Positions 1 to 14,600 of a stretch of DNA of 64,000 bases are shown piece after piece (the stretch's first letter is position 1; the number at the start of each line of letters is the position of its first letter). Below the pieces are notes generated by a model. That model was not told where the DNA came from. It saw only the letters and a list, made by a program, of their open reading frames with translations, and did no database searches. A program made the position numbers and the translations under genes. Source of the DNA: Chrysomallon squamiferum (lineage: Eukaryota > Animalia > Mollusca); assembly GCA_012295275.1 (NCBI GenBank), contig CM022670.1:5642001-5706000 (forward strand), in the 5' to 3' direction.

Positions 1-29
1 TATACCACTCTATCTTTATACGAATAATG

Positions 30-260
30 TACACTGTGATATCTCACTAACCATGTACAAGAATACTGTATAGAAGATATCTCACCATACTATATAATAC
101 TGTATACGGTGATATCTCTCTATATCTATGGTGGTATACTAACTCACTATATCTATTGTAGTAGACTAATTCACTATACCTGTGATAGTAGACTAAGTCA
201 CAGTGTTTATGACAGTAGACTAATTCACTAAAGCTGTGACAGTAGATTAAGTCACTATAC
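30..260. repeat. Degenerate ~27-bp minisatellite abutting the gene A exon 14 donor
   Basis: Units like gtagactaagtcactatacctgtgata. A related degenerate array lies at 17770-18220 in gene B. Confidence 0.6.
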
Positions 261-3135
261 CTGAGGTAGCAGACTGTGTGCATGCTGAGCTACAAGTTGG
301 ATGGCTTCCAGTACAAACTGCAGACAGCTGTCATCAATGAAGTACGGCAGACTGAGCCTGGTAAATCCAGGTCGGAAACATCTGTAAATACATGTTTATC
401 ACAACGAGGAAACACGTTTGAAATTAGTCACTGAAATGATGTAAAGAAGTATACACAGATAAATATTTATAAAAACAATAATCAGCAGTATGTTTAAATG
501 CTTACTTTTGCATGTCGCAGTTTGAACGTCTTAGCGAGCCGGTATTTTCAGAACTGGAAAACAAATTACAGTGTTTATATACAGTTTGTAAATATACGCA
601 CAACGTTTGACATTTGTTTTATACAAGTGTGTGTTATAATCACTGTAACAACAGTCTTAGTTTTGTCTTAAAGTGACAGCTCGGTCTGACTAGAATTAAA
701 TAAATATTCAACTATCAGATTCTGTTTTAAAACATTATATGCTTTAAGTGATCTCTTCATGCAGGTCACTGTTAAAATTAATCTTTAATGATGGTAATTT
801 AATACATTTTCAATGATATTTGGTTTAATTTTTGTCTACTGATGCCATTCCTAATAATAAACTACGACAGGACTATAATTCCTCGTGACAATAGATAGCA
901 CGTTATTATTATAAATAACAAACAGGAGACTGCTTTTCTGACATTCTTACTCACCCATCACCAATCAGATAATGTTCAAGTTTCTCAGCTTTTGACTCGT
1001 CCAAACCAAGCAAATCCTTTAAAATAGAATACACATATTGAATTAATCATTTGGATGAAATAATCTTTTAAATGTTTTTAAACAATTACCAGTTTAAAGA
1101 TCTAGTTCTTAAGAAGATATCTAAAATTTATACACTAGATGAGTAAAAATAAATGACAGAGTGAAACAGATTACCAGAGCATATGGTCCTGCACAAGCAC
1201 AGCCTCCCCGGGCCTGAATTCCAAACAAGTCGTTGAGAACTGCACTGACAAAGTTGTAGTGTAGGAATCTGCCTGTTTCAGGGTGATATATGAGAAACGA
1301 AAACACAGGAAGTCGAGGGACATCCAGGTTTCCCAAAATAACCAGATTTTCACAATCCTTCCAGTACTTTTTAGCTTTGCTGTAACGGAGTATAAGTTAA
1401 ATCTGATAGAACCTCAGACAGCGTGAAACAGCAAACACAAAAACATATATTTTAAACACACAGATACGCGTGTCTCATTATCACTTACAACTGAATTAAT
1501 CAACGTATTCATACTCAGACATACACGTATCATAATAACACTACTAAATTAATATAGATATTTCATACTCACAGATGCACGTTTTAATAACTTACAAAAA
1601 CTAAATTAATAAACATATTTCATACAGATACACGTTCTTAAAATATCTTACACATAAATTAATGACATATCCCTTATACGGCATATAACAAATAAACAAA
1701 GGACACAGTGGATAATTAATAAATAATTGACTAACTTATACAGAAACTTTTCTTTCTCCATAATTGTCTTTACACTTATAGCTTCCTTCAGCTGAAAGAC
1801 AAGTCCCGCCCGGATTGATTCAACAATGGCAGGAGTCCCTCCTTCCTCTCTCTCCTCCAGCTCCTGCAGATAACGATGACGATCACGTCGAACCTGAACA
1901 GAAATTCACTAATCACAATACTTCGTTCTTCACATTAAATTCCTCTTCTTACACATATGTCACATTAAATAAATTTCTTTATCTAACATAATCAGCCAAA
2001 TTATATTTTTCTTCTTTGATATTTATTTATTTATCTATAATTGCTGTTGTTGTTATTTTAAAAGTTATAAATGGCTACTGAAATGGCTACTGAAATGGTT
2101 GCTCAGCCTTAGGCGAGTTAGCATCACTATACAGTCTTAAAGAGATTTCTTTTCGACTCAGTCTTATACGAATCATTTTTACCACTCACAAAGGACACGG
2201 TTCCTCCTCCAGCTACTTCTGGCACAGCGTTTCGAAATAGGTACTTCTTTGCTATCAGGACACCTGAATAGTAAATTCAAATCTACGTATGTTAATTGTC
2301 AACAGTCCAGATATTTCACTGCTATCAGGACATCTGAAAGCAGGATGTTATTTGACTGTAAACAGGCATTGTCACCAGGTGTTAGCTAACTGTAAACGTC
2401 ACTGTTACCATATGTTAGATGACTGTAAACAATTATTATCACTAGATGTTATCTGTCTGTAAATAGTTACTGTCAGCAGACGTTAGTTATCTGTAGACGT
2501 TGCTTAACTGTAAAAGTTTGTCAATACAGTTTAATATAACACTGAACTTTTAAATATATCAGACGATTCTTCTAGAATGACATGAAGGAAAAACAAAAAT
2601 TAAAAACAAACAAACAAACAAACAAACCCCCTCCCCAAAAAACACAGTAATTAAAGTGAAATATGAAATCACCTGGTGTCGACACACCACCCATGAATTT
2701 GTGAGTTGACAGGAAAACAGCATCTTTATACACAAATTTTTCATTATCTCTGAAAAATAAAACAGTAAATCAGTGGTTTCTGTGTAAGTGACGAAACATT
2801 ATATTTTTTATTCCTGCTATGTTTAACAACGTTTGTTTTAGAAACACAGTGGTGTCAATTATCTTGTTTTTGATGTAAAGATAGCTATGACTGAATACAT
2901 ATATGTGTACTTAAACTAACCCCGTAACCACAGGGTTCATATCAATGTTCACATATGGTGCCGCTGTTGCATAGTCCCAAAATGAAAGTGCGCCGTGACG
3001 ATGAAGACATGCTGTGATGTTGTCAACGTCAGCCAGGATACCAGTGACGTTGGACGCAGCACTGAAAGAACCAATCAGCTGCCTTTTTGAGTTTTTCCAT
3101 TTCTGAAACAGACCATTCATAATGTACATTCTGCT

Positions 3136-3182
<47 letters not shown>

Positions 3183-6100
3183 GGTGGCTGTGTATGTGTG
3201 TGTGTGTGTATGTGTGTATATATGTATATATATATATATATATATAGTGTATAATAAACACACACACACACATACAAACACAGTAACACACACAGAGAGA
3301 CACATAAATATGAGTATGAACATTCAGATTATACCTGAAGGTGATTTTCCAAATCCTGTATGTCGACTAAACCATCTTGATCTTGTTTTATTCGGATAAC
3401 CTAGAAAATAATATGAAGCTGTATCTTTGCAATCTTAGTAAACACCAGTGATATTTTCACTCAACATACAACCTAATGACATTGCTATTACGAAAGAATA
3501 GAAAGAAAAAAAGGAAGAAAAAGTCGACAGTTTGTTCGCAAAAATGATAAAAATAAATGTTTTGAGAAAAGCTACAAGAAACAACATTGACTTCTTCAAT
3601 TTTGACAAGACCTTGTTATTCCTGCTTTTAGAAATTATTGTATTTTATTATAAATAGAAATATTGATTGAACAATTAATTCAATTAAATAAACTGCAAAA
3701 TAATGTATCATAAGTGGTCACTGATTACTTCTCTGCCATTGGCATAAAAAACACAGAAGGCTGGATTTATAATAAAGCTATGAAAATACTGATGAATGTT
3801 TTCATTAAAATTAAATTTGAATTCAGTGCAATAATGACAAATAAAATATAAACAAACTAACTTCATGAGATATTTCTTTCCAAGGCAGGATATTAGAATG
3901 ATGTTCATACGGTCCAATAAATACGACCTATAACAAAAATATTTTCATATATATCATTTATATGACTGTAAAAATATATGACAGTATCTTATATACAGAT
4001 TAGTTTTCTAGACCAGTGAACCAGTCTCTACTTACTGAAGGACTATGTAGTGTCTAATTACTGAAGGACAATGTACTATCTTGTTACTGAAGGACTATGT
4101 ACTATCTTATTACTGAAGGACTATGGACTATCGTATTACTGAGGGACTATGTACTATCTACTTACTGAAGGACTATGTACTATCTAGTTACTGAAGGACT
4201 ATGTACTATCTAGTTACTGAAGGACTATGTACTATCTTGTTACTGAAGGACTATGCACTATCTTGTTACTGAAGGACTATGTACTATCTACTTATTTAAG
4301 GACTATGTACTATCTTATTACTGAAGGACTATGGACTATCGTATTACTGAAGGACTATGTACTATCTAAGTTACTGAAGGACTATATACTATCTAGTTAC
4401 TATGTACTATCTAATTACTGAAGGACTATATACTATCTAGTTACTGAAGGACTATATACTATCTAGTTACTGAAGGACTATGTACTATCTAATTACTGAA
4501 GGACTATGTACTATCTAGTTACTGAAGGACTATGTACTATCTTATTACTGAAGGACTATCTTCTATCTAGTTACTGAAGGACTATGTTCTGTCTACTTAC
4601 TGGATTTTCTAGTTTGAGTGCATGAATAAGTTTATGGATTGCCCCAGTTGTTCCACTTCCAACAAATATCACTGAGTCATGCTCACTGGCATTCACAGAG
4701 TTTCTTATTATGTCTCTGTTATAAAATCACAAAGAATACTAAAGTTAACATCTTGAGTAGAAACACATTACATCTAATCTTCTTACAATATTAAAATTAG
4801 ACAATGGCCTATAATAGAAGAGTTACCTATACTAAAATATAGATACACTAACCTAACAGTTATCTATAGTGATATGTAAGATACGCTACTAGAACAGGTA
4901 CATAGTTAAATACGAAATTACACTAACAGAATAGTTATCTATAGTGAAATGTAAAGAGACTAACTAGAAGTTACCTATAATGAAATGTAAAATAAACCAT
5001 TAGAACGGTTACCTACAGTGAAATGTAAAATACACTACTAGAACAGTTATCTATAGTGGAATGTAAAGTACACTGCTAGAATAGTTATCAATAGTGAAAT
5101 GTAAAGTACACTGCTAGAATAGTTATCAATAGTGAAATGTAAAGTACACTGATAGAAGAGTTATCAATAGTGAAATGTAAAGTACACTGATAGAAAAGTT
5201 ATCAATAGTGAAATGTAAAGTGCACTGCTAGAAAAGTTTTCAATAGTGAAATGTAAAGTGCACTGGTAGAAAAGTTATCAATAGTGAAATGTAAAGTGCA
5301 CTGCTAGAAAAGTTATCAATAGTGAAATGTAAAGTGCACTGCTAGAAGAGTTATCAATAGTGAAATGTAAAGTACACTGTTAGAAGAGTTATCAATAGTG
5401 AAATGTAAAGTGCACTACCAGAACAGTTATCTGTGGTGAAATGTAAAGAATAGTACTAGAAGAGTTATCTAGAAGAGTGAAATGTAAAGTACAGTATAAG
5501 AACAGTTATGTATAGTTAAATATGAAATATATTAATAGAACAGTTAAATGCAAGATACACTAACAAAACAGGAGTCTACAGTTATTTAAGCTAAACTAAC
5601 CTTGCCTCATGACGGAACAGTGTTGTCTGCAGTGAAGTGACTCCGGTTGTTGTGTGTGTGTTGCCATATTCAGGAAGAACTTCATCGCGAATGTAATCTT
5701 CTATAAAACTCAGTGCTCTTTGAAGAGTAATAAATACATATTGTATGTATGTATGTATGTATGTATGTGTGTGTATGTATGTATGTATGTATGTATGTAT
5801 GTATGTATGTATGTATGTATGTATGTATGTATGTATGTATATATGTATGTATGTATGTATGTGTGTGTGTGTGTGTGTGTAAATGTATGCATGGGTGTAT
5901 GTATGCTTACACAAATTAGTGATTTATCGCGGATTGTATAATGTATGTGTTTGGGGGATAAAATCGGAACTTTTCTATTATTGCAGTTTGATTTTTGACT
6001 TAATTAAGTCATATATTCCTCGAGTACTATACTCCACATAACAAATGAAAATACTTATGGAATAATGAAAACAGTTTACACACTGTAATTAAAGTTTCTG

Positions 6101-6340
6101 TCACTGTAATTAATGTATTTTGACTGGTATAATCTACAGTGCAGTGTTATAAAATAAAATTAGTTACCTGCCCGAGGCTATAAAATCCAAATAAATAACT
6201 GTAAAACAAAAATATATACTTATTAATTGCAAGATGGTATGTTCCCCGTAAACAGGAAACCAAATATTAAAGTAACTACATCTGAAACGTTAATTTCACT
6301 GGAAAACAGTCTGCCAACCACACCAACAAAGATTGGCCGG

Positions 6341-6404
<64 letters not shown>

Positions 6405-7313
6405 ACAGACAGACAGATAGATATGCAAGAACAGAGAGGCAAAGACAGACAGGCAGAGACACAGAGAAAAAAAAAGAGAGAGAAAGATAGGGGAGATAGA
6501 GGGACAGAAACACTAAAAAAAAGACAGAGACAGACAGAGAGAGTCAGAGAGAGAAAGAAAGAAATGAATATAAAGAAAAACAAAATAACACACAATAGAG
6601 GTTTAATATAATTGTTTCCTTCTTCTGTGTGTTTATTGTTTCTTAAACTGTTCACTGTTGATATCACGCTGGTTGTTATATGACGTATTAAGAAATAGCA
6701 AACAACGTAACAGAGATATTTTTTTATTAACTGACATATTTTTGGTTTTTAACTTGTAATGAGAAGGTGTCTTAACGTTTTTTGTTTGGTTTTTTCTTGC
6801 GTTATCTTTTGATATCATTTTATCTGTCTTTTCTGCGTGTATCTGTGCATGCGTGCATTTCTTTATGTTTTAGTATTAGTTATTTTTATTTATATAATAA
6901 TAATAATAATAAAAGTTCTACGGTGTTCTTTTTTCTTTCTTTTTCTTTTTTTTTTTGTTTGTTTTTTATTTTTTTTTGCTTTGTTTCTTTGATTTCTTTT
7001 TTTTTTTTATTTTTTTTTTTTTCCTTTCGTTTAACTTAAAAGACAGAAATTTGGTATGTGTAAGAATTTTTCAAAATAATTATTACATGTGTTATATTTT
7101 TTTGATGTAATGTATTAATAACGAACAAGAATGTTTCAAGAACAGATTTATGAAGAAACTCGCTTACAAACATTTGTCATATTTAAACATACCTTTACGT
7201 AAGCCAAATGGACCGCCAAACGGTTTCTCACGGCCTATCACATTTTTTCTAAGGTAATCTAAAATTCTCTGTTTATAGTCTTTGGAGCATGTTTCTGCAA
7301 CAAATTCGCCCAT
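261..7313 (-). CDS. Tandem paralog of the class-V cysteine desulfurase gene; 14 exons visible, 3' part beyond the window start (gene A)
   Basis: Exons: 7193-7313 (ATG; MGEFVAETCSKDYKQRILDYLRKNVIGREKPFGGPFGLRK), 6168-6198, 5601-5717, 4601-4715, 3862-3927, 3335-3400, 2921-3102, 2673-2749 (STHK), 2190-2263, 1736-1893, 1175-1379 (RGGCACAG), 955-1016, 506-553, 261-381. Exons 2-12 have the same lengths and phases as in gene B, and no stops were seen. Confidence 0.88.
4028..4600. repeat. 26-bp minisatellite abutting the gene A exon 4 donor
   Basis: Unit ctgaaggactatgtactatctagtta, about 21 copies. Confidence 0.95.
4820..5530. repeat. 38-bp minisatellite
   Basis: Unit tagtgaaatgtaaagtacactgctagaatagttatcaa. 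A shorter related array lies at about 22305-22480. Confidence 0.9.
5742..5880. repeat. (GTAT)n/(GT)n microsatellite
   Basis: Read directly from the sequence. Confidence 0.95.
6342..6560. repeat. (GT)n followed by a GA-rich microsatellite
   Basis: Read directly from the sequence. Confidence 0.9.
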
Positions 7314-7532
7314 TGGTCTGCTGACAGTGAAATCGGTTCAGACTGTTCGGCTATTTTCTTAGCATTGTTTCAACACTTGCTGTTGTAGTTTCTGTAGGGA
7401 TAGAATAAAGTTTTCTGTGACAGCTTTGTACATTACAAGTTTAACACAGCGGGCGTGGATCTGATGAAGTGCGCCCGTTTGGCCACAGTTATTGACAAAA
7501 CAGTTATTGACAAAACAGTTTTCTTCATACCA

Positions 7533-7574
<42 letters not shown>

Positions 7575-7699
7575 TTAATAATAATAGTTATAATTTTAGG
7601 TTTTTTCTTTGTTTCGTTTTCATAACTGTAATAATATCTTTTATTTAGTCATGAATTTAAATACCATTTACGTAAAGTTATATTAAGTATATTCATGCA

Positions 7700-7741
<42 letters not shown>

Positions 7742-7900
7742 GTCACCTAATTTTAGGTTTTTTTCTACTCAACTCGTTCTGTTTCGTTTACATAATTGTA
7801 ATAACATATTTTATTTAGTCATGGATTTAAATACAATTCAACTGTAAAGTTATATTAAGTATAATCATGCAGTAATAATAATAATAATAATAATAATTTA
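7533..7900. repeat. (AAT)n tracts separated by a duplicated ~110-bp segment
   Basis: taattttaggtttttt...aaagttatattaagtat..tcatgcag(taa)n occurs at about 7590 and 7748. Confidence 0.8.
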
Positions 7901-8550
7901 CAAGTTGTTTGATTTTTACACACTGTTAATAAGAAGCTAGCGAGAGGTATGAAATAGCTACTGTTTTAAAACACAGTGAAACAAATCTCACTGTAAATAG
8001 TATTTTACTTACAGTTATTACTAATATTTAATCCCTCTACTGAGCTCTACGAAATGAATCTTTATCGTTCAGTCAGCGTGAATTTTTATATACTTCCCCT
8101 CCGCTAACAGTTATTGTCTCTACTTTAAATTGCGGTTACTTTTTTATTTATTTGTTATTATTGTTGAAAATCTTTTATTCATCTCCATTTCTTTTCTTTC
8201 TTTTTATCCTTTTGAAAATCTGATGTTTAAATCAACACATTAACGTAGACGGAAACAGGAAAATAACAAATGTATTGTCAGTTGTAAACAACTGTAGTTT
8301 GTTCATAGGAGATACACCTAGCGACTTACACCATCTCTGTTTCCTAATTGTGTTAGCAAGTTCTGTTAGTACAATTACTACAACAATTAATTATAGTAAT
8401 AATAATGGTGACGATGAAGGAAATGAAATAGATGATGATGATTTCTTATCAGATAATTTAGGAATTAAATGACAAATTTATTTATTTATTTTTATATTTA
8501 TTTATTTGTTTGTTTGTTTGTTTGTTTGTTTGTTTGTTTGTTTGTTTATT

Positions 8551-8582
<32 letters not shown>

Positions 8583-9559
8583 TATTTATTTATTTATTTT
8601 TTTTTTGTTTGTTGTAATATTTTAATATTTTACAGACGTAACAACTTCGAAATTGATTTTGTGTGTACATTCGTTCATGCATGGTATACTTTATAACTGA
8701 GAGAACATATATATATATATGTGTTAACATGGTTATAACAGTTTTGAATATTTGTATGTACGTCAGTATGTTTGTAATTTAAACTGTATGTTGCTTGTTT
8801 AATTATTAACTGAATGAACACAATACAACTGATAGGAAATATAATACCTGTATATATAGAAAAATCCAGAAAATTTGATGGAAACACAACTGTACATCTA
8901 AAACATCCGAAATATGTACATCCCAGCAGAACGACATACATTTAGAGACCAGTCCTGTTTTAAAACTCTGACCTCGCTGACAGATGAGTGATAATAAACA
9001 CACATGTATTATTAAAACACAGCCCAGTAGTTTGAGAGATGTGTGTCGAGATGAATCATCGGTGCTGTTAGTGACAATCCAAACAGGGTATGTACTGTCT
9101 GTCTTGTTTAGAGGAAAGGACCATGACACTGTAGATGCTGGGTGAACGACAGTGAATTTTATTTCTCATGATTTTTATCAAATATAACATACACCAAACG
9201 TAAATATTAAAATGTGTTGAGTTATTGTTAATTCACATTTTTAGTTACGTTAATTAAGGACCGGATGGGTTGAGGCAAAACGCACCCGGGGGGTGGGGGT
9301 GGACAGAGATCAAGCGACGCCGACGATCATCTGTTATTTTGCCAATTTCTATTTAAAACGTTTCTTCCTGCTCCAGAAGAGCAGCTGAAAAAGTTGTTAA
9401 TCTCTTAGATCAATCTGATTGCAAAATTCAAGCTTCGTCTTCTGGGCAAATCCTTGGCTCAAGGGACAAAAGGTGAACAAAATTATTACAATATTTCTTT
9501 ATGCAAAGGGTCAAATTTTATTCAGAAAACTTCCAACTTATAGTAAATAATGAAAATTC

Positions 9560-10330
9560 TTTTTTTCCTTTAAAAGCAATGACCGATGCTAAATGAGAAC
9601 TGAAATAATTTCCACATACTCCTAAACAACTGCAAAAACTGCAAGGATGGAAAAAGATTCATGGCCATGATTGACATGAATGATATAGCGGAAGTGACTT
9701 GGTATATCTTGAAGAATGATTCAGAAGAGAGAATTTCAAAAGTAGTAGAAGACTGAACAAATACCGATTTGCATCTCTTCATTTCCTCCTCATTGCCCCA
9801 CTTTATGGAGCACTGCTAAATTATACATGTCAGTACCAGGATGAGATAAATAGTGCTCACTGACAGCAACATCAAGTAGGCCTTTTTACAGTATCATGTG
9901 GCATACTGGCATGCTGCATTCAAATGAGATGGCATCTGGTAATATTGCACATTCAAAGGCAGCTTGGACATTGTATCCAGTTTAGTTAAAGCTGTTTTGA
10001 TTTAGTCTGAAGTAACAATTCAAAAACTACTTTTAGCAGCTGTTATGATTTTGCTATAGAAAAATATATGAAAAATTATTCATTGAAATTTTTCTCATTT
10101 CTCATGCTCAAGGGGTCTGTTGACGGTATATGGGGCTTTGTAAAATGGGATGTCTGGGTTGCAGTTAAACAAAAGGAGACAATAATGATAAAGCATGCAT
10201 CGTCCTTTGAGATGGCTAGGAACAAGCCACAGGCCAATGTACTTCAAATAGAAAGAGCTGTTTGCTGATGGACCAGCATAAAAGGAATTGCTTGGGTCTA
10301 CTAACCCTCTACAGAGGATGATCTCTGTGA
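9560..10330 (+). mobile_element. Decayed DNA transposase fragment (possibly Sola-like)
   Basis: GC-richer, interrupted coding-like sequence. 10081-10200 reads ..KGSVDGIWGFVK..VWVAVKQKETIMIKHASSF, resembling the HGKG.vDG.GG.vK motif of invertebrate DNA transposases. The family call is from memory and the ends are not defined. Confidence 0.5.
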
Positions 10331-11505
10331 CTCCTTCATTCTAATGTGTTAAAGTATAACGAAGAGATCCCCCATTGTGATTAATCATGCTTTTGATATA
10401 AAACTATGTCATCATCTTAATCCTGCATTAACATGATTTTATTATCCACAGTAGTGAACCAGGCACTGCTTAATATGGACAGAGAGCTTCATTTTATGTT
10501 AGTGAACAAAATGTAACATCAGTCATGGACAATTATGTTATATTTTTTTTTGTATATATTGTTTTCAAGCTCAATTAAAACTGGTAGTCTACTATAGCCT
10601 TTCACTTTCACTCTAATGTCAAATATTTATTTGTACAATTTATAGATTTCTGACAATTTTGAAAATAAGTTAGTTGGTTTTCAACCATGTCCTTTTGATG
10701 TAACATCCGTCTTACTCACATTTCTCATTACCTGTCAAGCCATAGATATTTCTGAGCTCTTTTCTCTATGACACCAAACAGATGAGGCCATAGGTAAGTC
10801 TGTTACATAGGGTCATGTTCCTGTGAGTGATACTAGAAATCAGGGCAGCTGGAATGGCATCAAACACCATGAAATTGCCCTTCTATGTCGAAAATGAAAC
10901 AAAATAGTGTACCTGTTTCAATGAAAGGGAATATCCTCAGCTATTTGAGGAGACAAAAGTGAATTATATCTCCAGCTTTTATCTAGAAAACCGATTGATG
11001 GGAATGGAGCAAAACACACAAGTCTGGAGCTTTTACGTCTTCATTGTAAAATTCTTACCCCATCGATTTGCATAAAATATGTGTATGACATATTTTTTTC
11101 ATAAGTTGTGCTGCTTAAACTAATACTTTATTATTATTATTATTATTTTACACAGAACATAGAATGGATATTTGTGCTGTATATGCAGGCATTTTTCACA
11201 AAGACAGCATATTAATTTTGTTTTGTATTTTAGTCAGTCCAGTTTTATCCTATATGTAGATAATAACTGTGTGATAAGTACAATTCTGTTAAAAAATTTA
11301 AATACAACTTTAGTGAATGATTTATGCTTAGTGTTTTTTTATTTTTTTTTTATTTTAGAGATTTACAAAATCTGTGACCTGTGTATAACAAACCATGTTA
11401 AACATCAGTACATATTTTTATCATTTAGACTGTCAAACAATGTGTGATTGTAAAGTTTTAATATCATTCAAAAAACAACAAAATCAACAGATGTATGTAC
11501 AAATA

Positions 11506-11511
11506 TTTATT
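11506..11511 (-). terminator. Candidate polyadenylation signal AATAAA of gene B
   Basis: tttatt on plus, about 120 nt downstream of the stop codon. The AT-rich context makes a chance match likely. Confidence 0.3.
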
Positions 11512-11629
11512 TTTCTAAATATTTATATAACAAAAACAAGCAAAAACAAATTGTCATATGTATCTTCAAAGATCTGAAATTTACATTTTAGTTACAAATC
11601 TAGTTAAAGTGTTTGTACCCACATATGTG

Positions 11630-14600
11630 TTATTTTTTTGGAAGTTTGTGTGACATTTTTCCAGCTTGCTCCTGTGACATGACTGGTTTCAACGCAGCCA
11701 TCATGCTGTGATAGAGATGAGGGAACAACAATTCCTGAGTTGCTAACAGCTGTTTTGTCCTGTGACGTTCCTGACAAAATTTAAACTAAAATTTACTGAC
11801 TATTGTAACTTGTTGATTTTTACACATATAGGAACACTTTTTAAATTTAAACTAAAGATTCTGAAAGCTGTAAGTTGTATTTTTATACACAGATGTATAG
11901 AAACACATTTAAATTAAAACTAAAATTTACTGAAAGCTGTAAGCTGTATTTGTTTTTCTTTAAAGTAAAATTTACTGATCACTATAATAATTTTGTTTTT
12001 ACAGTTGCATGTTTAAATGTTTAAAAGAAAAACGGAGAAAATGTTTATCAAATAAAATATGAATTAATCATGGTTAATTTAGATGTATCACTGTATAAAT
12101 ACAAATAGAGGAAGTGACTAGTAAATTACTAACATGTTATGTACACCCATATACACTGTGAGTATATATAAATCACTAATGATTAGAAATGATCTGAAAA
12201 TAAAGATTTTATTCAGTCTTACCTTTGGAGCCTCAAAACAGGCAGGACAGTTTTCAGGTATGACTGGCAGCTTGTTCTGTAGAACAACAACAGTTTTAAA
12301 ATGTTTCATTGATGTAGCAATTAGACAACAGAAGCAAACAGTAGAGCCAATATCATGTATTTACACAATGTGTAGTTTTAAAATTTTCAATCAACTTCTT
12401 TCACAATATTCTTAAATAACTGATAAAATCAAAAACAGCACTGCATAATTCAACAAACTTCTTCTTCCAGTAAAATTAAACACATACTTTGTTGATAACT
12501 AGGCTAAAGAAACTATAGCAGCTGAAACAAATCATATAACACAAACCTTCTCAGCAAAATTTCTCAGATCTTTTTCTCTAACATAAACAAATGGACGTAT
12601 TACCCGAAGGTCACCCTCACTGCAAAGAAAGATAAAAAAAAGAAGAAATGAATTTTAATTAAATTATATTTTATTAAAATGAAGATAGATTTACATCAAT
12701 ATTTAACATTTAAAAAAAAAAAAAAAAAAAAAAACTATAAAATATATATCCATTGTATGGTTTTAAATATTTCTTAACTGAAAAAAAGGTGATTATTATT
12801 AACATCATTAATCTCTGCTTGTATCAGAGAAATTCAAACACAACACACATTAGACTATGAATAATAAAACAATCTGTAGTTTGCTTACCTAACAGTGTAG
12901 TGAGCTTTCATAGTGCGGATGATTCCATTGTGAAAAAAAGACATCAGAAAACTAAACAATAAAATAATTATAATTTTCAGTTTAAAAATGTAGTCAGGTG
13001 CTGCAGAATGTTGGCTGGATCACTTGAAACAGTTATTTATTGATGCAGAAAATATTAATCACAATTAGAATGACTTTTTAAAATATTACTACTGGTGATG
13101 TAAACTCTGCCATTCAAAAATAATATCATAAATTTTTTGAAAAATGCAGCAACAGAAAAACATTAAATAAAAAAAATTAGTTAAATATTCTGTGAAGCAC
13201 ATATAATATGCATATTTTAGATTATATGTCTACTAAAGTAATAAACGGAAAAGAAAATAGAAAAATATGAAACTAACCTTTCAGCGATGTCGTCAAGATG
13301 CTGTCCTAATGCCAACACGTTGTAACCCTCTCTTCTCGCAGCAGCATAGATCCGACCTCGCTTCATTCGACTGCAGAAACTGCAGATAGAAGCACATTCA
13401 TATGGGAGATTTTCAGCTGTCTCTATAATACCTGTAAAATAAACACAAATCAGCTGTCTCTATAATACCTGTAAAATAAACACAAATCAGCTGTCTCTAT
13501 AATACCTGTAAAATAAACACAAATCAGCTGTCTCTATAATACCTGTAAAATAAACACAAATCAGCTGTCTCTATAATACCTGTAAAATAAACACAAATCA
13601 GCTGTTTCTAGAATTACTGTAAAATAAACACAACTCAGCTGTCTCTAGAATTTGTTCATTTGATATTTTATGAGTTTTTTCACGTTACAAATTAATCACT
13701 ACTGATCATTTTTGTTTTTATCAACGTCACTTTTCAATTACTGAAATTAAAGCTGAAAATATCACTGTCAAACAATGTGCTGTTAGAATCTGCACAAACA
13801 GTTTACCTTGAGACTCATAAAAGTATGGTACTCCAAGCTGACGTAGATATGGTTTCAGAGGACTAGGGTCATAAGCTGGTGTTTCTGGGTCCACTGTCAC
13901 TGCTCCAAACTCAAAGCTCATTCCCTGATCACCGAATAAAAATACCACACTAATTATATTTTTTACATTATCTAAATACACAAGTATAATTCTAGACACA
14001 TAGTTTGTACACCTTGAGCTGTCAAAACTTCTGTAACTTTACCAAAACTTTTCATAGCCCACAAATTTCCAAGCAAACTCAATCTCAACAAAGTAGTTTT
14101 TTTGCAGTTTTTAGACATGTTTGTCAGAGTTAAAACTTTAACCTTGACTAAACTGTATGGTATACACACAGGATTACTAGTAAAAAAAAATTAAAAAAAT
14201 TTAATATAATTTATTTTTGTGTTTCAAAATGCAGTTCTATTCTTGCAGATTGCCAGAAATATGACTATAAAAGTATTGTTTCCCCCAAATTTTTGTGTTC
14301 CTTTCTTCTTATTTATTTAATAACCCTTACCTTTAAAATGCCACAAAATCCTAATCCTTGTGAGTTTATGGTCTGAATTAGCAGTTGGACATCTCTCTGT
14401 TTTATTATTTAACAATTTATAACCTCAATTTCAAAATTGTTTTTGCTATCACAGTCTTCCTGAACTATTAGATTTAGTCAAACCATTTTTGTTTGCTAGG
14501 CTACAATGGCATCTCATTGGTTGTCTGATGTAACATCTAGTGATGGATATAATATACAGTACTGACCTTTCCTCTCACATAGAACTGATACTGTCTGATG

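Noticed and set aside
2911-3399. His/Thr- and Val/Cys-repeat ORF extensions (also 5591-5941, 6223-6667, 54777-55022)
   Set aside because: They are microsatellite translations; only the embedded exons are coding.
7449-7478. GC stem-loop containing CTGATGA upstream of gene A (hammerhead-like)
   Set aside because: There is no GAAA core strand or three-helix junction; it is more likely a promoter GC element or chance.
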